Positions 53,205-64,000 of a stretch of DNA of 64,000 nucleotides are shown in pieces. Numbering within the stretch: the stretch's first letter is position 1; every line of letters begins with the position of its first letter. Where the stretch lies: assembly GCA_951406725.2 (NCBI GenBank), contig OX597816.1:90024001-90088000 (forward strand). Direction: 5' to 3'. The stretch is from Octopus vulgaris. Its lineage: Eukaryota. The notes beneath the pieces were generated by a model that made no database searches, was not told where the DNA came from, and saw only the letters and a list, made by a program, of their open reading frames with translations. A program made the position numbers and the translations under genes.

Positions 53205-53644
53205 CTAGAATACAAAGCAAGTAATGAAATCTACCAATTTTAGTAAAGCAAAGTCTAAATTGTATTAATCATACATAAGTACACAAATAACGGAGTTAAA
53301 AAGTTAAAACAAAAAAGCTAGAATTTTAAAAATCACTTATTTCAATGCACAATGTCCACTTCCTAACTAAAACTGAATGTATCTTTGCATATCCATGTAC
53401 AGTTTTAGAAAGAATCACTCACATTCTTATATCCACTTTCTGTTTACCCACCTGACTAAAGCTTTCTTTAATTCAGAAAATACAAAATGAAGCTATTCTA
53501 AAATAACTCACTTAGGCACAGTACTACTAAGAAATAACAGCTTTTGCGTGTTTTCAAATGGTTTAAAATGACTATTACAATGCAATGGGTTCACTTCCTA
53601 TACACTCTCAGATCAAGCCATATGCTAAGTAAATACAATTCTTA

Positions 53645-53976
53645 TATATGGTTTGAGTTCAGTCCCAATGCATGGCACTTGTGCAAGTGTCTTCTACTAT
53701 AGCTCTGAGCTGATCAAAGCTCTGTGAGTAGATTTGGGAAACAGAAACTGAAAGAAGCCTGCAGTGCATATGTGTGTCTCCTTGTGGTTGTTGTAGGCAG
53801 TGTCATTCATTTCTAATATTTTGTGAAAACATTCTGTCTATGGAGAAATATAATCTTCTTAGGAAACAGGTGAGAATTGGCAACACGAATGTTGTCTGGC
53901 CATAGAAAATTTGTCTCAATAAACAGCATCCTACCCATGCAAGAATGGAAATATGGATGTTAAAATGATGAGATGA
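53645..53976 (+). mobile_element. SINE with tRNA-like head and RTE-derived tail
   Basis: Same head/core as 52697 but ends CCCATGCAAGAATGGAAATATGGATGTTAAAATGATGA; relatives at 43245-43630, 55525-55940 and 56690-57115. Confidence 0.75.
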
Positions 53977-54180
53977 TTAAGAAATTCGTCTTGCAATCAT
54001 GGTTCATCAGCAGGGTCAAAGTGGTTGTCTTTATTGGGAATGGGGTACACTACTGTACATTTCCAGAAACCAGAGTAGATATCCAGAAATAGAGGTTTAA
54101 AAACTTTAGCCACCATAGCATCTCCTGAATGACAGTAAGCACACTATCAGAACTAGAACATGTGCACTTGTACTGCTATG

Positions 54181-54241
<61 letters not shown>

Positions 54242-54453
54242 AATTTTTAAGACTATGACTTGTGTTTTTTATGTGGCACAAGTACCAGTGTTTTTTACGT
54301 GACACTATAACCCACACTAATGTTTTTTACAAGGGCACCAGAACACACACCAATGCTTTTTACATGCCACCTTATTTATATTGGAAAATATAAAAGATAG
54401 ATAATACATTACTTGTTTAACAGTCAAAAGAGAATAAGCTATTTTGTCAATAC

Positions 54454-54559
54454 CTTTTGGACTACAATCTGGCAATGCCCGTGTTTTACGGCCGCGTTTT
54501 GGAGTTCGAAGATCTTCCGTAGTTATAATACTCATTTCTAGCTCTAATTTCCGTTTAGC
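54454..54559 (-). CDS. E2F3: E2F exon (cyclin A-binding KRKL motif, NLS-like PKRGRK)
   Basis: TTTTCAG acceptor; AKRKLELEMSIITTEDLRTPKRGRKTRALPDCSPK; 106 nt phase 0/1. Confidence 0.88.
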
Positions 54560-57500
54560 CTGAAAAGAAATTAAGTTAAATTAGTTTTTTTTTTTTGTTA
54601 AATTTGAAATGTTAAAAGTAGTCCAAAAAGATACTCAAAATTTAACCGCAGAGAATGAATATACATCAGACAGCAAAAAACTGATTTTAATCTCACCTAT
54701 TACGCAGTTCAGAATGAATAAAGTTTTTGCTAATAAAGTTATTCTGAAGAAGTAAAAAAACATATTTTGACAACTGTAATCAATCTGAAAGCTAAGATGA
54801 CAGTGCATATATATATATATATATATACCATATTTTAGAACAGCCACATTTATATCCTTTGTGTGTTGTAAGAAACAACTATGAGTTGCTGTCAGGAAGG
54901 ACATCTAGCCGTAAAATACTTGGACATAATGATGGTGTTTGTGATAGCAAGTCTATTTTTTTGGAATATATATGTCAAATATTTTATACAATTCATAATC
55001 ACATGTCCGTAAGTATACACACACATCAATGTGTGTGATCGAAATATTAATCTGATACTCAACCTCAAAGACAAATGATTCATACTAAAAGATGATTTAT
55101 CCCCAAGCACAAAGGTGTAATTCCACTACTTGTAACTATTGGGGGGAAATGCCTACTGGAATAGTCTGTAAGAATGTAACTAAGACCATTGCATCAGCTG
55201 TATAATGGAAAGTGCATCCGGCTTCTTGAAGACAAGTTTGATTCAATTCTATATGTGAATTAAGACAAAAGAAAACAAGTCTTTATGTAGTCACTCAACC
55301 AGCTAGAAATAGCAGCTGTATCTTTGAAAATGGACATATTGAATTAAGTAGTTCTAAATACATCCCAAAAGATGGATGGTCACAGCAGGAATACTTTTGA
55401 TCATAGGTCTACTCAAACTCAATTGAAAAGAGATACTGATTTGGCAAGAAGATTATTCAGAATGAAAGAGATCAAGAAAGCTGAATCAATTTTAGCAGGT
55501 ACCATTTCTTACACTGAGATACCAATGTGGTTATGTGGTTAAAAATTTTACCTCCCAACCACATGGTTTCAAGTTCAGCCCCACTGTGTGGCACCTTGGG
55601 CAAGTGTTTTCTACTATTGCCTAGTGGTTGAATTTGGTAGAAACGGAAAGACAACATGTATGTATGTGTGTGTATATATATCAATGTAGGTGTATATATA
55701 TCTCCTTGTCTTAACATCATCTGATAGTCGTAAATGAGTGTCACTGTCATATAAACAGTGTCATTAATTTCTAATATTTTGTGAATCTATCTTTTGTTTG
55801 TTACATGAAAACTATGTCTAACCATGGAGAAATATTACCTTGCTTGGAAACAGTTGAGAGTTGGCAACTGGACGGACATCTAGTCATAGAAAATTGCCCC
55901 TGTTAATTTTGTCCAACATATGAAAGCATAGAAAAATGGCTCTTTAAATGGCGATGATGAATACAAGCAATAGTCAAATTAAATTCTTGAGTCATCTAAA
56001 TGAAAGGCAACTTTTAGATCAAGATTATAGGTAACCTTCTGAAAGATCATCATCACCATCATTCAACATCTATTTTCCATACTGACAGGCCAAAAGACTG
56101 CACCAGTCTCTAACTGCTTTGGCAAGTTTTCTATGGTTTGATTGACTTCCTCATACCGACTACTTTACAAAGTACACTGAGTGCTTTTTACATGGCACCA
56201 GCAAAATCGCCAAGTAACTTGCAAGACAATGACCACTCAGCTGAGTAAGGAGTAGAATTGAGGGAGGTAGTTTAGTGCAAGGTGATGAGAGGTTAGAGTA
56301 TGACAGAGGAACAGTAGAAGGTATACATAACTACCCCAGTTGGAATAGGGGATAGAGAAAATGGTGAAGGAAATGTGTCAGGATATACCTTCAAGTTACA
56401 GGGAGGTGTATATAAAGGAAGTGTTACACAGGATTGGTTATTCAATTAACTATTGTATATGTGTCATTGTACAGGTAGCCCAATCGAAATCCAATATGAT
56501 TAACACAAGTCTGCTTTTCTCAGGAGGATTGTCCAACCTCAACAGTATGATGCTGTAGAACATTTAGGATAGAATAGTAATTATGAATGTACTATGTAAG
56601 TAGACACACAAGTACATAACTATGCATGTATGAGTATGTATGTGTAGTGCATATGATATATACAAAGAAGATATTACACATACACTTAGATGTCTGGTTG
56701 AGAAGCTTGCTTCCCAATCATATGGGTTCAGTCCCATTGTATGGCATCTCGGGCAAGTGTCCTATACTATATAACCCTGGACCAACCAAAGCTTTGTGTG
56801 TGGTTTTACATAGAAACTAAAAGAAGCTTGTCGTATGTATGTATGTATGTATGTATGTGCCTGTGTGTGTTTGTGTGCTTATGTGTGTGCATCCTTGTCC
56901 TTGACATGTGTTGGTTGTAAATGAGCATCATCGTCATACAAGCGAGGTTGTTCGTTTCTAGTCTTCCGTGAACATGTTTAGCTCTGGAAAACTATTAACT
57001 TGCTTAGAAACATGAAGGTAAGCAACAGGAAGGTCATCCGGCTGTAAAAAAAAATCTGCTTCAATAAATTCCGTCTGACCCATGCAAGCATCGAAGAGTA
57101 CGTTAAAAATTATGATGTTTATACACACAACGTGCACGCGTGCTTACATACACACAAATATATCTACATATAGACATGCCAATTTAATACGTGCGGAGAT
57201 TGGGGACTCCTGGAACAATTTTTAAAATTTGATATTACATGGGTTCATTGATTGGAATATCGAACAGATCCTAAATTAAATTCCAAATATTATTTTTAGT
57301 ACTAAACACTAAAATAACATTGGTATCTTCTAGGTTAAAATGACTTTGCATTCAAGAACCATGACGATAGACTTAAAAAGTTGAGATAATATTTTGTAAA
57401 ACACCTTAAAAAATAAATAAATACCAACCATGTCAAGAAAGGATCCGTTTTAAAAACTTGGACACGCGGCCAGAACTAGGCAGACATGTGGGTGGTTTGT

Positions 57501-59131
57501 TCCGATATGCCGTCAATTCATTCAGTAAACAAGATTTGGATATCAACACTAAAAATTATCTCCCTTGTCATTCATCCACAAAACTAAGCAACACATGCAA
57601 ACTTTTAACTTTTCAACTGCGATCACTTAGAACATATTAGTCAGTTGGAGTGTTCTTATCCAAGTTAGAAATTAAATTACTAAACATTAAACGGACTAGA
57701 AAGTAATGTTTCCTGCGAGAAATGTAATATCAAAGCTTTTACACTATAACAAAGAAAATTATGAACTATATATATAAAAATTAATTCACTAATATACAAT
57801 ATTTTGGGGGGTTTGATTCGTCACCAAATTTCACTTACAGATCTATGCAGATCATATTTACCTGGTAAGTGTTTTACATTTAAATACAAAGAAAACTATA
57901 TTAGATCGGCTATAAATTACAAGCCACGTTCTCAGCTTGTTAATAAGAAAAGAAAAACAAAAGAAAGAGATGTATAAACATGTGGACATAATTCGTTTTC
58001 ATAATCAAGCACAGGTTACGTTAAAGTCTAAAAGTGCGATAACCCATTCAGACTGATGACATTAAAAATAATTTACTAAACGATAAAATTTAGGGAAAAA
58101 AATGAAATAAACGTTAAAATATTTTTTCGTCAGAATATTTGATTAAAAATAAAGTAGCTTTTAGTTACGTCCCTTTATATTCTGAGTTACAAATCCCATC
58201 GATGCCGACAAAAATACGTATAGCTATTTCAGAACTGGAATAGATTAAATCAAAGGTCTTTTCTCCAAAATGTGTTTTGACAAGAAATCGTTGAATTGAA
58301 AGCGACATACTAAGTCAGACATGAACAACCAACAGCCCATGGGAATTTCTGAATGGCAAACCTAGAGAAAAATTACCTTAAATTTGTTTTTAGTGCAGCC
58401 CTCCTGATGATGAACTCATGTTTCGTGTCCCTTGTTCGAAAACAATTGCCTATGACTGTACTAAGTGACCTATTTCTTATGATGAATACAAATTGATTGG
58501 GGTATTTGATGAGCAACAAAAATTTTAATGAATTAAAGTTTTAATTTAAAGAATACCCAAATGGCGATCTTTCGAAATTTGTACATATAATCTGTCGAAT
58601 TACAGCATCTACTATAAGTGAAAGAAAGGCATTCATCATGTGGGTATCTACAGGGCCATATTCATAACTCTATGTGTGTGTGTGCGAAAGAGAGAGAGAG
58701 GTATACCAAAGCGATTTCGTAATTTTATTTTCCTTTATCTCTGCTATGAAAACCTTCAGTTGATTAAATAAAAAATATATATAAAGATTAGTATCTTTAT
58801 TAACTCGTGATGAGGATATTTTGACCGATATAAACGATTATTTGTTTATCTGTCGATCATTGCAGATTATTTTCTTTCCCCACTATATGTACAAAGTTCT
58901 ATAGATCACTATTGGATTAAAGTCTTCCACCATCATTCACATACAAAACTGAGCACGTGCCTACCATTATAAAGCTGCTAATTTTCCCAAGTCGTCGTTT
59001 TAAATTGGCTGTCTATGCCCTCCCTCTAAATAGCTATACTCACTCATTTTAATGTCTAACCTGTAGAGATTTTATAAGACTGAAACGTCCGGAGTTGTCA
59101 CCATGCCAAAGACCATACTGCATTCAACGTA

Positions 59132-59402
59132 GTGCATATGGCGTGGTGGTTAAGAGCGCAGGCTACTAACCCCAAGACTCCAAGCAGTGACCTGAACAAT
59201 AACAATAATAACAACAACAACAACAACATCGAAAATACCTTAGGAATGAGAACCCAGGTTCGAAATTTCCCCAAGACACATGAAGAAGGCTGGCGGGTAT
59301 ATCAGCTGAAACGTTGTGTTAACAACAAACAAGATGGGGACAAATATCCGTCGAATGTAAATAACGTACATAATTCCTCATCTCTTAAATATAGAACTGT
59401 AT
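59132..59402 (+). mobile_element. tRNA-headed SINE-like element containing a hammerhead motif
   Basis: A box TGGCGTGGTGG; (AAY)n linker; body shared with 27604-27754; hammerhead-like fold at 59275-59320. Confidence 0.75.
59275..59320 (+). ncRNA. Minimal type I hammerhead ribozyme-like motif (C3>A variant)
   Basis: GACAC-ATGAAGA-A-GGCTG(gcgggtatat)CAGCT-GAAA-CGTT-GTGTT. Confidence 0.65.
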
Positions 59403-59797
59403 TGTCTGATAAGATTCACCATTAATGTTATTAATTTTCTTGTCATTATCGGTGTAATTATGGATTGATCAAAAGAGCCCTCGTTTAAAAAATATTCAAT
59501 CTGGAACTAGTAGAAACGAGAAACATTGCTTGTATAACGATGATGCTCGTTTAAAATCATCAAATAATGTTAAGACAAGGGTACACACATAATCACTTTC
59601 GTTAGCTTACAATTGTTTCATTCAGAGCTGAATACTCTTAAGAGTTTCCTCAAACGCACAAGTATATTAAGTTTTAACAACTGGATATTGGTATTAAGCC
59701 TAATCAAAATTATAATATATGTTGTATATATTATACATAAGGTAAACATTAAAAAAAAAAAAGATGAAGCAAAAATCAAACAGGATTTATGAGGTTG

Positions 59798-59935
59798 GGC
59801 ACATAAAAAGCACCATCCGTTCGTGGCCGTTTGCCAGCTCTGTCTGGCACCAGTGCGGACCCCAGTAGAACCGTCCAACCCATGCTAGCATGGAAAACGG
59901 ACGCTAAACGATGATGATGATGATGATGATGATGC
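59798..59935 (+). mobile_element. Short internally deleted RTE 3' end with (GAT)n tail
   Basis: One 62-bp-type unit fused directly to the terminal CCCCAGT.GAACCGTCCAACCCATGCTAGCATGG segment. Confidence 0.8.
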
Positions 59936-62183
59936 TCAAGGAAATTGGAAGATGTGTTTAATATTTCGAGTATACACTCATTTATGGAAAGAACAGATGA
60001 AGAGAGAGGAAAAAACTAAGACAAACAAATGTGCCTCAATTAAACTGTCATCACATTTACACACACAATGGTTGTTTAACTACACATGGAACAAACATTA
60101 TCAAGAGCCTACTGCAGAACCTCTCATACAATCCACACCTATAATGAAGTTCTTGCTAGACATACTACTTAAAGAAACCTAAAGAAGGTGGAACAGTTTC
60201 TTAGAAGAGGTTACACTCACATCCTCTAAGTACAATGAGAGCTTCTTTACTATCACTGTCTGTATCAGTTCACCATCCAATTCTCATCAACTTTAGCATT
60301 ATTATCAAAACAAGCATGACAGAAGAAAGTACAATTCAACACAATACACAACAATAGTCCTGTGTATTAAAAATAAGCAAAGGATAGAGGTTCTGAAGCA
60401 CCAAGCTAGAAGTAGATATATTATGGGAACATAATATATCACAGATATGCATCTGAGACTCTTAATAATAGCTAATAAAATCTTAGGTAATACTAACTTT
60501 ACAGAGTAACAATCTTTCTCTTTGGTGATTTCAGGTAAACTCAGGCAGTCATACGAGAAGATGCATTTGCTAAAGGGTTGAGAGAATGCCTCGCAGGAAC
60601 CTCTGTGTGGAGACATGGGGAAAAACTTCCACTTTCAACCAACACGAGGGTTTTACTTTATAGACATGTCTCAGCAGCTCAATTTGCAAAAGTTGTACTT
60701 TAGCCAGTGGGCAATGATCATCTGTAAGCTGACACAGAGTAGAAATACAGGAAAACAATGGATCAATCCTCAAACATTTCTAGGCATGTTACTCAAGTCT
60801 GTACTCAAAGACTTATAGAAACCATAAGTGGCTTTCTGAATAATACCATTCTAGCTCCCCAAAATACCACAATCATTTGATTAGTAGTAGCCTAATTCAA
60901 ATGGTACATGTCAATTCACAGTCGTTGATGTTAACTGTACTGCCAAGTATCTCACTTCTCTTCTACCCTCTGTTGTCCCTATTACAATCTGCAACTGAAA
61001 CTAAGAACATTTATTGTGTAGCTAAGAAATTTGGATGCCCCAAAACTCTGTACCAGCACAGAGTTAGCAGTCAAAACTATTCAACCCCAAGTTATTAAAT
61101 CCACCATTATGAGATGTTTTATCCCACACATTTTCCTCATCTCATCAGAGATGCTATTTCAGTTCAAATAATTTCAGTTTCTACTGTTACTGCTTTTCTC
61201 TATGACATCAACAGTTCTCAGATAATACTCCAGCATGTTTCATTCATAGTTAAAACTACAAAAAGCACTACAAGATACTTTGATTAAGAAAGAATGAATA
61301 ACCAAGTTTGTATGTGTAAGCCTTTAGCATTCATATTAATCTATCAAATATAATGCTTATTTATTCACATGGTCTTGAATTAATCATGCATTATCTTGTA
61401 GCTTCAAGATTTTGATGATATGGTTCGCTTTTTTTAGAATGACATTGTAAGATAGGTGTGAGAGGCTGGATTTGGTCAGTTTGAACATAAAACAGGTAGG
61501 ATATGTAGGTTGGATATGACCAGTTTAAATGCAAAAGAGTTAAAATTTAGGTAGCAGAAAATCCATTATCTAAGAACTCAGACTTTCCTAAAATTCTTAA
61601 ATTTTATAAATTTAGCAAGTTTTTGTGTACACACATCTGTGAGAGCCATGACTGTATAGTGATAATTGCAACTATGCAGCAACCATTGCAAAAACAAGTC
61701 ACCAAACTGTGTCATATGCAATATTGTGTCATACTCTTTCCATTTAAGGCAGGCAGACAGACAAACAGATAGGTAGCTATAAAGCATACGTATTTATTAT
61801 AAGTACATAACAATGACTCATGAAATAGATAAAGTTGTCTGTGTGAAGAAAGATCATTAAAATTGAGCCAGCTAACTTGAAAAAATAAAAAGAAGTCAAA
61901 CAGGGTGTAAAGAAGTTTTTGTCTCAAAACTTTTGAATGGAAACCAAGAATGAAATACAATAAGTTTTATTGCATAATAAAAAAAGAATATTTTTAAATG
62001 TGCTAATGCTTCTAGTTAGATTTGATGCCCACAAACTTTTAACAGGTTTGTACATTCTATGATTTACATATGACCCAAAAGACTGCTTGAAATGGACAGG
62101 TACATTTTACACTTGTATCCCATTAATTCATCAGAACTTAAGAAAATTGGGGAAGCCTACAAATACAAAATGATTTCTACTTC

Positions 62184-62750
62184 TTGACAACTGTAGGACC
62201 CACTCACACAAACAAAATTATTGTCAGAATGTTGAATGTTTTTGCATGCTATTTGTCACTAAACATAATATCATTAATTCAACCCTACAGAATTTCAATG
62301 CAGTGTGCAATTAAAGATGCAATATTTTTACTTGTGACTGCATATGATGCAGCCAATCCTGAAACACTCTTAAGAACATGGAAAAAGTTATGGCTGAGTG
62401 TAATATTAGCAGTGCAAGAACTAATAAAAACTGTTAAATAATCTGTGGAAGTCAACACTATATACAAACTGAATGTTGCTGACAGAAGAATGGATACACA
62501 CTGAAGATACTATCAAAGCTGTAATCACTTTCACTGAACATGAAATCATTCAAAGCATTACAGCTCCTGATAAAATAGAAGAGAGAAGATAACTGAGACA
62601 ACAAAACTGAAAATAATATCTTAGGCCACTGTGGAAAATGTGCATCAATAAATTTGTGGAACAAGACTTTGGCTTCAACCTTCAAAATGCCAAGTAATCT
62701 TATCACGTACTACAAGAAAAAAGAAAAGAAGCTATCCCACAAAGCAAACA
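62184..62750 (+). mobile_element. pogo/Tigger-like transposase remnant
   Basis: NIISLIQP and IKDAIFLLVTAYDAANPETLLRTWKKLW resemble the NxTxLIQPxD and IxDAI..AW..V...WKKL motifs of pogo/TIGD DDE domains; boundaries approximate. Confidence 0.6.
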
Positions 62751-62976
62751 CAAATTTAAAGTAATAGAAAGTAAAGTAATAGAAGTACCCAGTAAAGTAA
62801 TAGAAGTACCCAAAAGTACAGTAAAGATACAAAGTTGTAAAAATGAAAAAAAAATGTATTTGTTATTTTATACTATTCATTAATAGAATAAAAATAATCA
62901 ATTTGAATAAAATAAGTTTCATTTCTTTACTGTATTTTTGTTTTACAATGTTCATTTTTAAAAGCAACATTCGTTA

Positions 62977-63014
62977 ATTCCTGAAGAGGGAGTCATAACC
63001 TTGAAATATTGAAT
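62977..63014 (+). ncRNA. Decayed hammerhead-like motif
   Basis: ATTC-CTGAAGA-GGG(agtcataac)CTT-GAAA-TATT-GAAT; weak stem II. Confidence 0.4.
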
Positions 63015-64000
63015 GCAAGGTAAGTCACCGTTAATTCATATGCCTGTTTTCTTGTGATTTACCTTGGATTTATTTCACATTGTTCCGGCCTTACCCATGA
63101 ATTTTTATATAATATATATATTTTCATATACATTATTAGATGCCAGAGACTCTTTCGAGTTTTTATGCCCTGTGACAAGATTTTTCATCTCACAGCATAT
63201 CCAAAATTCATCCTCCTCACCAAGCAAGCTAGTGGGGTAGCTGGTTTAATTGCCAATCACCCAACTGTGCATAGTCAATCTTGCTAACATGGTTACCAGT
63301 AGCAGTTGGTTTGTATGTGTGTGTTTTAATTATTTTTCCATGCTTGCATGATGTGTCAGATGGAATTTGAGATTGATTTTTTTTATGGTTAGATGCCCTT
63401 CATGTTGCAAACACTCACCTGTTTCCAAATAAGGTGATAATCCCATAATCTATCAAAGAATGAACCCTTTGTTTACTATTGTGTGTTTGAGAGCAGTCCA
63501 AACTGACTTTGTTTATACTTTTTGTCTACAGCAAGAATTTTTCTCCATGACAAAATGCAGTGTTCGAATATATCTCAAGCATATTAGAATTAGTAAAAAG
63601 TTTATATTTATATAAATCATTGCTTAGTATTCATATATGTATTTTATGGGGCAGCAGGTTAGTACAACCAGTCACAATAGTTTGACTGGAATTTAATAGA
63701 CCTAGTTTCTCAGTCAGTTCAGAGTTGCCTCTCTTGCCAATGTTCAATTCTAAGAGGAGATAACTACTCTTAAAAGCATACATTTCTCGATATGGACAGA
63801 GCGCTTTGAACTGACTGTGTTTACACCATTTTCTCTATGACAAAACTCAGTGAATGGCATTTTTTACAAGTTCAAATACGGGATCTTTTCGGTTTGAACG
63901 GCAATTTTTTTAAATAATTTCCACGTAACTAAACACTTTTAAACTTCGTATACTGGTAGAATGTGTTTATAAAACATCTTTTTCTCTTGGCTTTATTGAG

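Noticed and set aside
58376-58500. Candidate E2F first coding exon with AAG|GTAATT donor
   Set aside because: The phase-0 frame contains a TGA and the ATG frame stops after 9 codons; at most a UTR exon with a uORF
59139-59190. Possible tRNA gene
   Set aside because: No complete cloverleaf, B box deleted, continues into a repeat body; treated as a SINE head

Overview
AT-rich, intron-rich animal genomic DNA. The SINE/RTE repeat families suggest an octopod cephalopod (inference). Three spliced protein-coding genes can be rebuilt by hand with consistent exon phases. (1) The 3' four exons of an ARMC10/ARMCX-like armadillo-repeat gene (+, 259-11116). (2) A complete 8-coding-exon Rabenosyn-5 gene (-, 24633-16303, 489 aa). 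(3) An activator-type E2F (E2F1/2/3-like) gene (-, at least 54559-42535; first coding exon uncertain). The rest is mostly transposon debris: a young 5'-truncated RTE LINE (35051-38720), many RTE 3' ends and tRNA-derived SINEs, a mariner with a nested RTE fragment, Penelope-like GIY-YIG remnants, a pogo/Tigger remnant and several palindromic MITEs. Most notable: a minor-spliceosome (U12) intron in E2F with apparent AT-AA termini; a tRNA-headed SINE-like element carrying a minimal hammerhead-ribozyme motif, plus other decayed hammerheads; a PHD finger inside the RTE ORF; and an E2F acceptor site that appears shifted or non-canonical. All calls come from manual reading; no database searches were run.
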